Source of the DNA: Macrostomum lignano
Taxonomy: Eukaryota
Reading direction: 5' to 3'
Assembly: GCA_002269645.1 (NCBI GenBank)
Contig: NIVC01002245.1
Span: 1-64,000 of the forward strand
DNA: 64,000 nt
Below the pieces are notes generated by a model. That model ran no database searches. It saw only the letters and a list, made by a program, of their open reading frames with translations, and was not told where the DNA came from. A program made the translations under genes and the position numbers. Below, in pieces: positions 34,094 to 47,200 of this stretch. Position 1 is the first letter of the stretch, and each line of letters begins with the position of its first letter.

Positions 34094-35141
34094 ATGCTCT
34101 CAGCGGCTTACAAGTCAATCGCCCGTCAGCTACTTCAGCAGCAGCAGCCGCAGCGGCTTCAGCTACTCACAGCCGGCTTGTACACTTGGGATGGCAAGAA
34201 CTACAGCGATAATCGCAGTAGACGACAGCCTGGAAGCGAAGGCGGCGAGCTTCGGGCCGCCGCTCCGCGCGACTATAACGAAATTAGGCTGCGGGGTACC
34301 GTTACCAAGGTAACGCATTCGGTTTTCTTGGATAGAATTATTATCTCAGTTGTTTGAATTCCTTGAATCCGTGATTCCTTGAATTCAAGTTTCCAGTCCA
34401 TCATACTCGCAGTGGTCCTTGCATATAAGTGTCCAGTCCATACTCGCAGTGGTCCTTGCATTTGTGTCTAGTCCATCATACTCGCAGTGGTCCTTGCATT
34501 TGTGTCTAGTCCATCATACTCGCAGTGGTCCTTGTATTTGTGTCTAGTCCATCATACTCGCAGTGGTCCTTGCAATCAAGTGTCCAGTCCATTCTACTCG
34601 CAGTGGTCCTTGCATATAAGTGTCCAGTCCATACTCGCAGTGGTCCTTGCATTTGTGTCTAGTCCATCATACTCGCAGTGGTCCTTGCAATCAAGTGTCC
34701 AGTCCATTCTACTCGCAGTGGTCCTTGCATTCAAGCGTCCAATCCCCCTCCCCATCCAATTGGCAGATATTCCAAGCCAACAACCGGGGCTGCCGGTTCA
34801 TTCTGTGCACAAAGAAGCTCTACAGAAAGGTGAACCCGGGCGGCAGCTGGCGCTGGGCCGAGTCAACTGTCAATCACTATGTATTTGGCGGCGGGGTCAA
34901 CCTGCCCAGCTACCTGCCCTACGTGTCCGTCGGCTCTCGGATCGACATGTCGGCTATAATATTTTATCAGGAGCGGCGCGGCCCGGCGGACAGCCAGGCG
35001 GAGGGCGCCAATGCCGCAGCCGACGCTGAGGCGCGCACCAACAGGCAGGCCAACCTGCGGCTGAACTGGTTGAAACCGGTTGAAGAAGAGGAAATGGTCG
35101 ACATCAGCTTCGACGTGCAGTTGGACGAGTCAACTTATTAA
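34094..35141 (+). CDS. Divergent SSB-family OB-fold protein (copy 2); join(34094..34309,34767..35141)
   Basis: YNEIRLRGTVTK|IF, RFILCT, VNHYV and VSVGSRI. Phase-0 GT-AG intron filled by a ~38-bp repeat. Acidic C-terminus. Confidence 0.6.
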
Positions 35142-35489
35142 TCAAATGAAGGACTCTAATGCTGGTTCTTATTACAATCAGTAGTATATGTTGCAAAAAA
35201 TTTGAAATCTGTTTAGTTTTAGTCGCGATTCTAGAATTAACTCTGCATACGCTACAATGTTTAAACATCTCAAGTGGCATTTAATTGTCTCGTGTAACAC
35301 GCTATATATCTGTATTCAGATAATAAATCAATTGATTGATTTATGGCGTCCGAGCAAAGCAGATTTGCGTGTCTTTTCTTATTGGTTCTGCCACAGCCTT
35401 TGGCTTTGAGTTTTTAGAATTTCTACAGGTATATAACTAAACCTTAATCTAAATATCGCACAGGGTCAGTTTCAATAGCTAGACTCCTA

Positions 35490-36050
35490 GATCAACTGGG
35501 GAAATTCCCCTCGGGAGCCCTGAATCAACTGGGGAAATTCCCCCCATGAGCCCTGAATCAACTAAGGGAAATCCCTCCTTTAAGCCCTGGATCATCCAAG
35601 CGAAATTCCCCCATAAGCCCTGGATCAACTAAGGGAAATTCCCCCCATGAGCCCTGGATCATCCAAGCATAATTCCCCCTATGAGCCCTGGATCAACTGA
35701 GGTAAATCCCCCCTATCAGCCCTGGATCAACCAAGCGAAATTCCCCCATAAGCCCTGGATCAACTAAGCATAATTCCCCCTATGAGCCCTGGATCAACTG
35801 AGGTAAATCCCCCCTATCAGCCCTGGATCAACCAAATTCTCCTCATGAGCTTCGGATCGGAACAACTGAGGGAAGTTCCTCTCTGGAGCCCTGAATCACC
35901 TGAGGGTAATTCCCCCATGAGCCCTGGATCAACAGAGGGAAAATCTCCCATGAGCCCTGGATCAACAGAGGGAAAATCTCCCATGAGCCCTGGATCAACA
36001 GAGGGAAAATCTCCCATGAGCACTGGATTAACTGAAGAGAATTTCCTCAT
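35490..36050. repeat. Degenerate ~36-bp minisatellite (agccctggatcaact...aaattcccc) upstream of SLC25A32
   Basis: Tandem units read directly. Confidence 0.88.
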
Positions 36051-36081
36051 GAGCGTCTGGCCAATATGACTCTTACTTTTC

Positions 36082-38046
36082 ATGCTCACAATGCAGTCGG
36101 GCAGCAGTAGCAACGGCTCCGGCAGCTGGCAGCGTCAGTTGCTAAGCAACGTGCACTGGGAGAACATGGCGGCCGGCGTGGCTGGCGGCCTGCTGTCCAC
36201 ACTGGCCTTGCACCCGCTTGACCTGGTCAAGATTCGCTTCCAGGTGAGAGTTCTCAAGCTTTCAAGAGTTCTCAAGTATCAGGTAGCGAAGGTGTCCCAA
36301 TGAATTACTACATAGAGATACAACCAGTAGTGCTCAATAGAATTAGTCGATGCGGAAGTCTCTGATCCCCAATGACTCACCACCCGCACCCCAACCAGGT
36401 GGACGAAGGAGTCGGCGCCAGCGGCCGTCCCAGCTCCCGGCCGGTGTACCGCGGCCTGATGCACGCGCTGTCCAGCATCTACCGGACGCAGGGCCTGACA
36501 GGCCTGTACGCCGGGGTGGTGCCGAACCTGTGGGGCGCGGGCGCCAGCTGGGGTCTGTACTTCCTGTTCTACGAGGCCGCCAAGGTGCAGCTGCAGGGCG
36601 GCGACCGGACAGCCCGTCTGCCAGCCGGACACCTGATGGGAGCGGCAGCGGCGTCCGGCGCGGTCACGCTGATGTTCACCAACCCCATCTGGGTGTGCAA
36701 GACCCGGCTGTGCCTGCAGTACGGCCTGGGATCTGGCACCTCGGTAGCGGCGCATCGCTACAGGGGCATGCTGCACGCTCTGTACAGCATCGCCCGGTTG
36801 GAGGGTCTGCCCGGGCTGTACAAGGTAGGAGGGAGTCTTGGGAGACTGCGGCATTATTGGCTGACTCTTTATTTAGCTTTGATTATTGACTTCATTGTTG
36901 ATATATTGATTGGTTGTTAGGTTAGTTGGTAGACAGATTAGTAGGTTTATTAGTAGATCGATATGTAGGTTAATTAGTAGATCAGATCGATTAGTAGGTT
37001 GAATGGTAGATAGATTAGTAGGTTAATTGGTAGATTGATTAGTAGGTTCACTGGTAGATCGATTAGTAGGTAAATAAAGTAGATCGATTAGTAGGTTATT
37101 TGGTAGATAGATGATTAGGTTAATTGTTAGATAAATTAGTAGGTTAATTGGTAGATTGATGAGTAGGTTAATTGGTAGATAGATTAGTAGGTTAATTGGT
37201 AGATAGATGAGTAGGTTAATTGGTAGACAGATTAGTAGGTTAATTGGTAGATAGATTATTAGGTTGATTGGTAGATAGATTAGTAGGTTAATTGGTAGAT
37301 AGATGAGTAGGTTAATTGGTAGATAGATTAGTAGATTAATTGGTAGATATGTAGGTTAATTGGTAGATAGATTAGTGGGTTAATTGGTAGATAGATTAGT
37401 AGGTTGATTGGTAGATAGATTAGTAGGTTAATTGGTAGATTAGTGGGTTAATTGGTAAATAGATTAGTGGGTTAATTGGTAAATAGATTAGTGGGTTAGT
37501 TGGTAGATAGATTAAAAGGGTAGCTCGTAGTTGGCATATAAATTTATCTATTGGAGTATGTTAGTAGATATCTATCAATAATCCCGGGTTGTCGAATATC
37601 CTAGACTTTGAATCCTGACGTACGCAAACTTCTGCGTTGCCTCACTCAACCAGGGCTACTTGCCCGGCCTGTTCGGCGTCTCCCACGGCGCCATCCAGTT
37701 TCTGGTGTACGAGAAGATGAAGAACCAGTACACATCCGCCTATCAGCTGGCCGCGAACGCCAAGCTGCCCACCCTGGTGTACCTGGGCTGCGCCGCCCTC
37801 TCCAAGATTGTGGCCGCGGCCACCACTTATCCCTACCAGGTGGTCAGGTCCCGCCTGCAGGAGCAGCACAGGGAGTCGCGCGGCGCCCTCCGCGTCTGCC
37901 GCGACCTTCTAGCCGTTGAAGGCTGGCGCGGCTTCTACAAAGGCTTGCTGCCAACCCTGCTGAGAGTGACTCCGGCCTGCTGCATCACCTTCGTAGTGTA
38001 CGAGCACTTTGCCACCTTCCTGATGCCGTTAAGGCACGCCACGTGA
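36082..38046 (+). CDS. SLC25A32: Mitochondrial folate/FAD carrier; join(36082..36243,36399..36824,37654..38046)
   Basis: Three carrier repeats: HPLDLVKIRFQ, TNPIWVCKTRLCLQY, TYPYQVVRSRLQEQH. Also GASWGLYFLFY and RVTPACCITFVVYE. Phase-0 GT-AG introns. Confidence 0.93.
36920..37510. repeat. ~24-bp minisatellite (gtaggttaattggtagatagatta) in SLC25A32 intron 2
   Basis: Tandem units read directly. Confidence 0.9.
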
Positions 38047-38090
38047 CATGACACCGGTAGCACACCTACCTTTCATTATGCTTAGCTGTA

Positions 38091-38301
38091 TTTTTTACTA
38101 GAGGCAGGGGAGTGTACGCTCATCCTTAGGCATGTACACCTCACTGTGTCTGGGGGGGGGGGGGGGGGTTGGCCCTCAAGGGTGTTAATTGCACGAGCAG
38201 AGCCAAGTCGGGACAATTCAATTTAGTCCCAAATTAATGCGACTGCACTTGAAATCGAGCCTCGGATTCTGGCACATCAGAGAGTCTGGCTACGCCCCCC
38301 C
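38091..38301 (-). mobile_element. Internally deleted copy of the tRNA-derived SINE, 13-bp target-site duplication
   Basis: Shares ttaggcatgtacac...ttaattgcacgagcagagccaag...gactgcactt with 28176-28538. atgcttagctgta at 38078-38090 and 38302-38314. Confidence 0.85.
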
Positions 38302-38904
38302 ATGCTTAGCTGTAGCTTTCATGCCAATCTTTTAGTACTGTTGCTTCTCACATTATTTTTGCAAACTGTCTAATTTCTCTATTTTGTCAGAGGGGCACCG
38401 CTGCCCGCCCTATTGTTAGTGAAAATTAGATGGTTTTATCAAACAATATAGTTCTTGCGGACCGATATTTTAGCCTGTTTAGCGTATTTTATCGTTGATT
38501 ATTTAACTGCATTATTTGACAGATTTCATAGCAGCGCATTTCGATAGCATATTATATTACGAGTACAATTATGATGCAATTACGATGTTATTTGCCTTGT
38601 TTTTTGAGTCCGATTAACTAGTTTTAAAGATGTTTGATACAGTGCACCGCTGTGTTCAATGCAGTTCATAACAGTAGACACTTAACCAAGCCATTTTTGC
38701 GCTTTCTACCGGGAATAACTCGGTGGTTACCAGTAATTAAAGGTTGCCGAACAATTTTGCCACCTAATTGCATTAAGTTATTCAGCTAATTGAATGCCTC
38801 CACCGCATCTGTTAATTTTAGTGCTTGATTTTTATTGATGAATTAAAACGCTTAAATCTGCTGACGTGCTGCTCTTTGTTGCTTTATTTAACTGCTAACT
38901 GTAG

Positions 38905-39702
<798 letters not shown>

Positions 39703-40228
39703 GGAGTGCAGGGTGCACGACAGAGGAATAGGAGCCTGGGGCAGAATTATTCTGCAGTTTTACATTTCAAGCCGTTTTACGAGGTACAAGCGGCTTTCGT
39801 AGTTCTTATTCTTTCAACTCGCAAAGAGCTCTGCAATTTCATACACAGTGCGACATGCAGCTCTGCAAAATGGCAGCGCTGCAAATGGTATTGTCTCTCC
39901 TCCTAGGCTAGGCTGTAGCACCTGCTCCGCTAAAGCATTGCTAGTTTACAGAACCAGATCGAAGAGCCCCAAGTCGCGAACTTCTTGAGCGCCCTCTGGC
40001 CGTGCACCGTCGTTGCTTTTCAATTGTGCCTGTAATAACATGCAGCGCCGGCCTCCTCCCCATTTCCTAGCTGAGTTGAGTAGGAGTGCCGCACACTGGC
40101 TCTCTCGCACGCTGGCTTGAACTTTGAAACTCGAATAGCTATATATAGTGCAGTGTTGGAATTCTAATTCTCTTCAATCTAGCCTGCTAGCTAAAGCTGT
40201 TGCATAAGTTGAGTCTGGATTATTAATC

Positions 40229-43200
40229 ATGCAGAAAGCTAAGCAGTACGATTGGAAGGACAGCAATTTGGCCCTGTTCGGTTCAGATTTGGATAGACAA
40301 GTGAAAAGTGAGACATATTTGGCACAGTGACAAAACCTTTGTGATCTGTGATATAATCTACAGGCTTCAGTGACTTGAAATTTGCACTTTTCAGAGGAGT
40401 CCGCCGAGAAGGAGCGGGCCTGGGCGCCAGTACTTGAGAACAGGCGGCCTCAACTGTACGTCTGGCGAATTGAGGCGAGTATTTAATAAAGCAACCCTTT
40501 CTGTTTTTCCCCGTTGAAAACAACGGGTTGAAAAACAACTCACTACTAGCGATTCTGGGACGATTCTTGTGACTTTTAACGGCTGAAATGCGAAAAAGAG
40601 GGACTGTTGAGTCACGAGTGCATTAAGCGAGTTTCAGAATCGTAAAAGAGCCGCCAGTTTTAGCGCTTAACTGTCTACTAACTGAAGTAGACTAAATAGA
40701 GTTGTCATGATGAATGCTAAATGCGATTCTGCTAGCTGATGCATAAAATGACGCAGATGCGCTTTAGATGCTACTCAGTGATTCTACAGCGACTCCAACA
40801 CGCCTCAGATACCCCAGAGTCGCAGACAATAAGGCACTCCTTAAATTGACTCTTAGGCACTCTTTGACGACTTTTTGGCTACTTGTACCGTGACATATCG
40901 TCGTTTTAAAGTCGTCTCTAGAGTCAATTCTTTTCTATTTTACCTGTGTGACCTGCAACGACTCTGAGGCGACGGAACTGACTCTTGGGATGCTTCTTGG
41001 CCAAGGTGTCATTTTTATCGGGTTTTACTCGTAACACGGGCATTTGAGCTTATAGCGACCTAATTAAGCTTTAGACACCTAGAATTAGGGCCTTTCTACC
41101 AACCCCAGACTTTGCGTTGTCTATGGAGGAACGGCCTGTGGCAGCAGGATTTCTAAACCTGGAGATGTACTGCAGTCATGCTCCTCAGTGGGGTGTTCCG
41201 TTCGGTTTCAACTAAAATATATAATCGTTGCTTTGCCTTTCCCAAACTGTTACTTTCAGTAGTCAGTTGGATAGTGATTTCATATTTACTTTATTACTTT
41301 TTCCTTTTCTAGAACTTCAAAGTTGTCGAATGGCCCAAAGAATTGTACGGCAAATTCTATAGCGGCGACTCCTACATTATTCTGAACGCCTATATGGAGC
41401 AGGACAAGCTCTGCTACGATGTGCACTTCTGGATTGGCAAGGAGAGCACGGCTGATGAGTACGGCACCGCCGCCTACAAGACTGTGGACCTGGACACTCT
41501 GCTAGACGACCTGCCTGTGCAGCACCGCGAGGTTCAAGGCCACGAGAGTCGCCTGATGCGCAGCTACTTTCCTGAGATCACCTACCTGGCCGGCGGCTGT
41601 CCGAGCGGATTTCGCAGCGTTAAAACTCGCGAGTACAAGCCTAGGCTGCTGCACTTTAAGGTGGCATATAGTTACATCAAGTGTATTTTCAGTCGGATGT
41701 AGTTTCAGTATTGTGTACTTTAGTCTGGTGTACTTTTAGTCTGGTGTACTTTTAGTCTGATGTACTTTTAGTCTGATGTACTTTCCGTCTATTGTACTTT
41801 TGGTCTGATGTACTTTCAGTCTGGTGTAATTTTAGTCTGATGTACTTTTAGTCTGATGTACTTTCCGTCTATTGTACTTTTGGTCTGATGTACTTTCAGT
41901 CTGGTGTAATTTTAGTCAAAAGTACTTAAAGTCTGTGGTACTTTCGATCCTTACTGGTATCGTTATCGTATCTAAAAATGCAAACCCCATACCCCTACAT
42001 CAGGGCGAACGCCAAAACATCGTAGTTTGGGAGGTGTCAAAGTCGCGCAAATCGCTTGACAACACCGACGTGTACATTCTCGACCTTGGCGACCGGGCCA
42101 TCCAGTGGAACAGCAGCGGGGCCAATAAGAACGAGCGGTTCAAAGCTGCCCAGTACCTGCAGGGACTCAAGAGCGAGCGGAACGGACGCCTGTCCTGCGA
42201 GGTCATTGAAGAGGACAGCGCCGATCCCAATGTGAGTGAATTTGAGCCATAAAAAGCCATGAATGCTGCTAATAATCAAATTCACTATAATTAGAAAATC
42301 AATACTCGCTCAATTCAGCACGAATTCTACTCGTCGCTTACCGAAGAGGAGGCGGATCCGGCCGACTCGAACCCGTTTGGATCGCAGCAGAGCCGCTCTG
42401 GACAGAAGCGGATGCTCAGGCGAGTGCTTTTTCGATTGTCACTCTGCAATTTTCACTCCAGGATTGTCACTTTGCAGTTGTCACTCCTGATTTTTCACTC
42501 TAGGATTGTCACTCTGCAATTGTCACTCCTGACTTTTCACTCCAGGATTGTCACTCCCGACTTTTCACTCCAGGATTGTGACTGCAATTGTCACTCCCGA
42601 TTTTTCACTCCAGGATTGTCACTCTGTAATTGTCACTCCCGACTTTTCACTCTAGGATTGTCACTCTGAAATTGTCACTCCTGACTTTTCACTCCAGGAT
42701 TGTCACTCCCGACTTTTCACTCCAGGATTGTGACTGCAATTGTCACTCCCGAATTTTCACCCTTGTCTTACAGACTGTCCGACGAGTCGGGCAATCTGCA
42801 GTTCGACCAGATTCAGTCAGAGTCACTCGATCGCGGCGGCATCACTGAAGAGGTGAGTTTTTTATTTAAGTTATTGGTTTTACACACTACTTACTCAACA
42901 GGGTTGTAAGTAGTATCGTGCGCAGTTGATTTTTCAAATCTGCATGACACAATCTTCTATATATTTAAGGACGTATTCATCATTGACAATGGATTCGAAG
43001 TCTACGTTTACGTTGGCAAGGAGGCCTCCGTGGCTGAGCGTCGCAACGCCCTGAGCTATGCTCACGTGAGATCGCTTAGCTGACTGCTCTATCCTGACGT
43101 ATTTGATAGCATTAAAGCCTTATATAGTCTTCCAATATATCTAATCTGTTAAAAATTTCAGAATTACCTACAATCCAGCGAGAATCCGTTCGCCCCGGTG

Positions 43201-43260
43201 ACTGTGGTCACTCCCGAGGCTCCCAGCAAGACTAAAGCCGCTTTCGAGGCCAGCTTCTAA
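40229..43260 (+). CDS. Three-domain gelsolin/severin-like actin-modulating protein; join(40229..40307,40395..40474,41313..41660,42004..42231,42319..42419,42774..42852,42970..43065,43162..43260)
   Basis: MQKAKQYDWKDSNLALFGSD, VWRIE|NFKVVEWP, GKFYSGDSYIIL, YDVHFWIG, DEYGTAAYKTV, VQHREVQGHES, DVYILDLG and DVFIIDNG. Introns 2 and 5 need GC donors. Confidence 0.93.
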
Positions 43261-43584
43261 GCTTTGGCAGCTAAACATTTGCCTGGACATTCTATGGATT
43301 GTTTCTCCTGTTTTAATTTAAGTTAAATGTTAATTTAAATGTAAATGTAAATGTAAGTTGGATAACTGAATATTGGTTTCAGAGTGATCTGTTTATCGAA
43401 TTATAAACCGTTTATTCTTGTTTCTAGGATTGACTTTAAAATTTGTTTATTCCATAAATAGATTGTTTAAAACGAAAGCTTATATACGAGTATTTTGGTA
43501 GTTGCGGTTTTATTAATATGCTATTCGCGATCGTGTTCTGCTTTTTTTCGATTTTAGTTTATACGAAAATCCATCCTAGGTATA

Positions 43585-44260
43585 TGGCAGTCCTTGGCTG
43601 CCAGTTATCCAGTCCAAGTAGAACTATAGCAGTCCTTGGCTGCCAGTTATCCAGTCCAAGTAGAACTTTAGCAGTCCTTGGCTGCCAGTTATCCAGTCCA
43701 AGTAGAACTATAGCAGTCCTTGGCTGCCAGTTATCCAGTCCAAGTAGAACTATAGCAGTCCTTGGCTGCCAGTTATCCAGTCCAAGTAGAACTTTAGCAG
43801 TCCTTGGCTGCCAGTTATCCAGTCCAAGTAGAACTATAGCAGTCCTTGGCTGCCAGTTATCCAGTCCAAGTAGAACTATAGCAGTCCTTGGCTGCCAGTT
43901 ATCCAGTCCAAGTAGAACTATAGCAGTCCTTAGCTTCCAGTTTTCCAGTCCAAATTGAACTATATGTCCTTGACTACCGCCTACCATTTCAGTTAGAATT
44001 TTCTAATCAGTCCTTGGATTTCAGTTTGCCAATCCAATGGAACCTTGGCAGTCCTTGCCCCCATACAATAGAGCCAGCAGTACATTGACTCTAGCAGTCC
44101 TTGCCCCATCCAACAGACCCAGCAGTCCATGGACTCTTGCAGTCCTTGCCCCATCCAACAGAGCCAGCAGTCCTTGCCACATCCAACAGAGCCAGCAGTC
44201 CATGGACTCTAGCAGTCCTTGAATGCCACATCCAACAGACCCAGCAGTCCATGGACCCCC
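43585..44260. repeat. 42-bp array (agcagtccttggctgccagttatccagtccaagtagaactat) grading into a related degenerate repeat
   Basis: Tandem units read directly. Confidence 0.9.
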
Positions 44261-44272
44261 CTGCTGTTTCAG

Positions 44273-47200
44273 GCCGAACCCGACCGGTCCAGCCGCAACA
44301 GCCGGCTGCGCAGTTTCTACCAGCAGGGCCAGGTCGAGTCCGACGCCGCCTCAGTCGGCCTGAATGTCGATCCGTGCGACATTGACGGCGCCGGCTTCGA
44401 CCCGGAGGTGTACCTAAGCAAGCTGCTGCAGGAGCAGCCGCTGACCAGCCTCATGGCAAAGGAGCAGCAGATGGTTGACCAGATCCGCCAGCTGGACTCC
44501 GACATGCAGACTCTGGTCTACGATAATTATTCCAAATTCATATCGGCCACCGATACTATTAGAAAGATGAAGAGCGACTTCCACCGGATGGAGCAGGAGA
44601 TGAACAACCTGGCTGAGAGCGTGTCCGCAATGAGCCAGCAGGCTGCTGACGTCCGCCAGCACGTGGGCGGCAAGCGGGCCGAGTTGAAGCGGCTGGCCGG
44701 GGTGTCCGCCCTGCTGCACAAGCTGCAGTACCTGCTGGACCTGCCGGCTCGGCTCACCGAGCTGCGACGTGAGGGAGCTCACCAGCAGGCCATTCGAGCT
44801 TGGCAACAGGCCGACCGGGTGCTCAGTCGGTACGCCGATCTGCCGAGCTTCCGGCCTATCAGGTGAGTGCATCTGGCGATCGGCTGGCGGGCTCTCCACA
44901 GATCTAGAGGGCTGGTTCTCCACAGATCTAGCGGGCTGGTTCTCCACAGATCTAGCGGGCTGGTTCTCCACAGATCTAGCGGGCTGGCGGGTTCTCCACT
45001 GATCTAGCGGCCTGGTTCTCCACAGATCTAGCGGCCTGGTTCTCCACAGATCTAGCGGGCTGGCGGACTCTCCACAGATCTAGCGGGCTGGTTCTCCACA
45101 GATCTAGCGGGCTGGTGGGTTCTCCACTGATCTAGCGGCCTGGTTCTCCACAGATCTAGCGGCCTGGTTCTCCACAGATCTAGCGGGCTGGCGGGTTCTC
45201 CACAGATCTAGCGGGCTGGCGGGTTCTTCATCGCCGTCTTTTACCAAATTCGCAGAGCGGACTGCCTGGCCATCATGGCCGAGCTGCGCGCCCAGCTGTG
45301 GCAGCGGTTTAACGAAGGCGGCAGCGGCACCGAGAGCGGCGGCGAAGGCAGCAGTGGTGGCGGCGCCCCAGACGCCAGGCAGCTGGCGGAACTGGTGGAC
45401 CTGCTCGGCCAGCTGGGCGAGTCCGAGGCCGACCTGTCGGCGGCTTTCCTGCGTCAGGCCGACCCGCGGATGCAGCGCCTGCTGGGCGACCTCGAAGCTC
45501 AGGCTGGCAGCCTGCAGGACGACGTGCTGCAGTTTGTTGACCAGGGCTGCAACCACCTGGTGTCCGAGCTCTGCATTCTCATCGCTGTGTTTGGCGACAT
45601 CTTTCCCAGGTGAGGATTTTTGTTTTCATCATACAGGGATATTTCTTTCATAGGATTTTATTCCATCGCACATGGGTCGGCAAGCACCGGCCACCCGATC
45701 CACATGCGGCCTTGACTTACTTGACATGCGGCCTGCGAAGCCTCTATCTGGCCCTCGGGTCCTTTGAAACTTCTCTCTCCCCTCTTCTCTTCCCTTTCTT
45801 CGCTCTCCTCTCTCCTCTATTCTCTCTTCTCCTTTCTCTTCTCTCTCTTCTCTCCTCTCTTCTCTCCTCCCTTCTCCCCTCCCTTCTCCCCTCCCTTCTC
45901 TATTCTCTCCTCTTTTCTCTCTCCTCTCTTCTTTTCTCCCCCTCTTTTCTCTCTCTATTCTCTCTTTTGTCTCCTCTCTCCTCTCTTTTCTCTCCTCTAT
46001 TCTCTCTTCTCTTATCTCCTTTCCACTCTCGTCTGGCTCGTAGTCAAAAGCAGATTCTTTATCTGGCCCTTGGGATCAAAAAGTTTTTCTACCCCAGGGT
46101 GGTTTTATCAAGAGGATTCCAATATCTTGATTTTTTCATTAGGTTTCCCATCCCATTCCTTCCTCAATATCCCAAACCAGTCCCGAGTCCCGCGCCAAGC
46201 TCGAGGCCTACCACGAGTCAGTCATGCGCTCCTACCTGGCCATCGTGTCCAAGCGGTTCTGCCTTGAAGCCCGAGAGTCCGGCGGCACCGGCGACTCCCT
46301 GCTGGTGCGCGCCTGCGACAGATTCCACCGCAAGCTGCAGGCCATGCACCGGCTGGTCACCGAGGGCGAGCTGTCAGTCAGAGCCTTGGCCGTGGTGTGC
46401 GACGCTGCTGCCGAGCGGGCGGGTGCGGTGCGGGCGCAGCTGGACCTCCGCCTGACCGCCGCGCTGTCCGGCCTCCGCTCCCAGCTGGCCACCGCCGGAG
46501 CCCGCAGTGTCAGCCTGCCTCAGCTGATGGCCGGCCTGCTCACGGAGCTGGTGGACGCTGTGAAGGCCGCCCTTGCTGGGCTGCAGGTGAGGGGGACCTC
46601 TTGTTTTATTGCTTTGTCCTGTGTGCAGATCCTCAGTTGCTGGGCCAGCCTCCCAGATCCTCAGTTGCTGGGCCAGCCTCCCAGATCCTCAGTTGCTGTG
46701 GCCAGCCTCCCAGATCCTCAGTTGCTGTGGCCAGCCTCCCAGATCCTCAGTTGCTGGGCCAGCCTCCCAGATCCTCAGTTGCTGGGCCAGCCTCCCAGAT
46801 GCTCAGTTGCTGGGCCAGCCTCCCAGATTCTCAGTTGCTGAGCCAGCCTCCCAGATCCTCAGTTGCTGGGCCAGCCTCCCAGATCCTCAGTTGCTGTGGC
46901 CAGCCTCCCAGATCCTCAGTTGCTGTGGCCAGCCTCCCAGATCCTCAGTTGCTGGGCCAGCCTCCCAGATCCTCAGTTGCTGGGCCAGCGCCGACCTCCC
47001 AGATCTTTCATTTAAGAATCCATAATCATCCCAATGTCGTCCCGAACCACTCGCAGGCCTTCCTAGCAACGGACGTGAGCTTCTCGCTGAAGCCGGCATT
47101 CCGCGAACGGTTCTGCGTGCGCGCCGTCCGCCAGGAGCTCCTGGCCGGCTTCCTGAACCACCAGGCCACCCAATGCGCCCGCCTCGCCCAGCTGTCGCCA

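Noticed and set aside
40505-41045. Possible MITE in gelsolin intron 2 (cccgt...acggg ends)
   Set aside because: Terminal similarity is only about 5 bp and no TSD was found.
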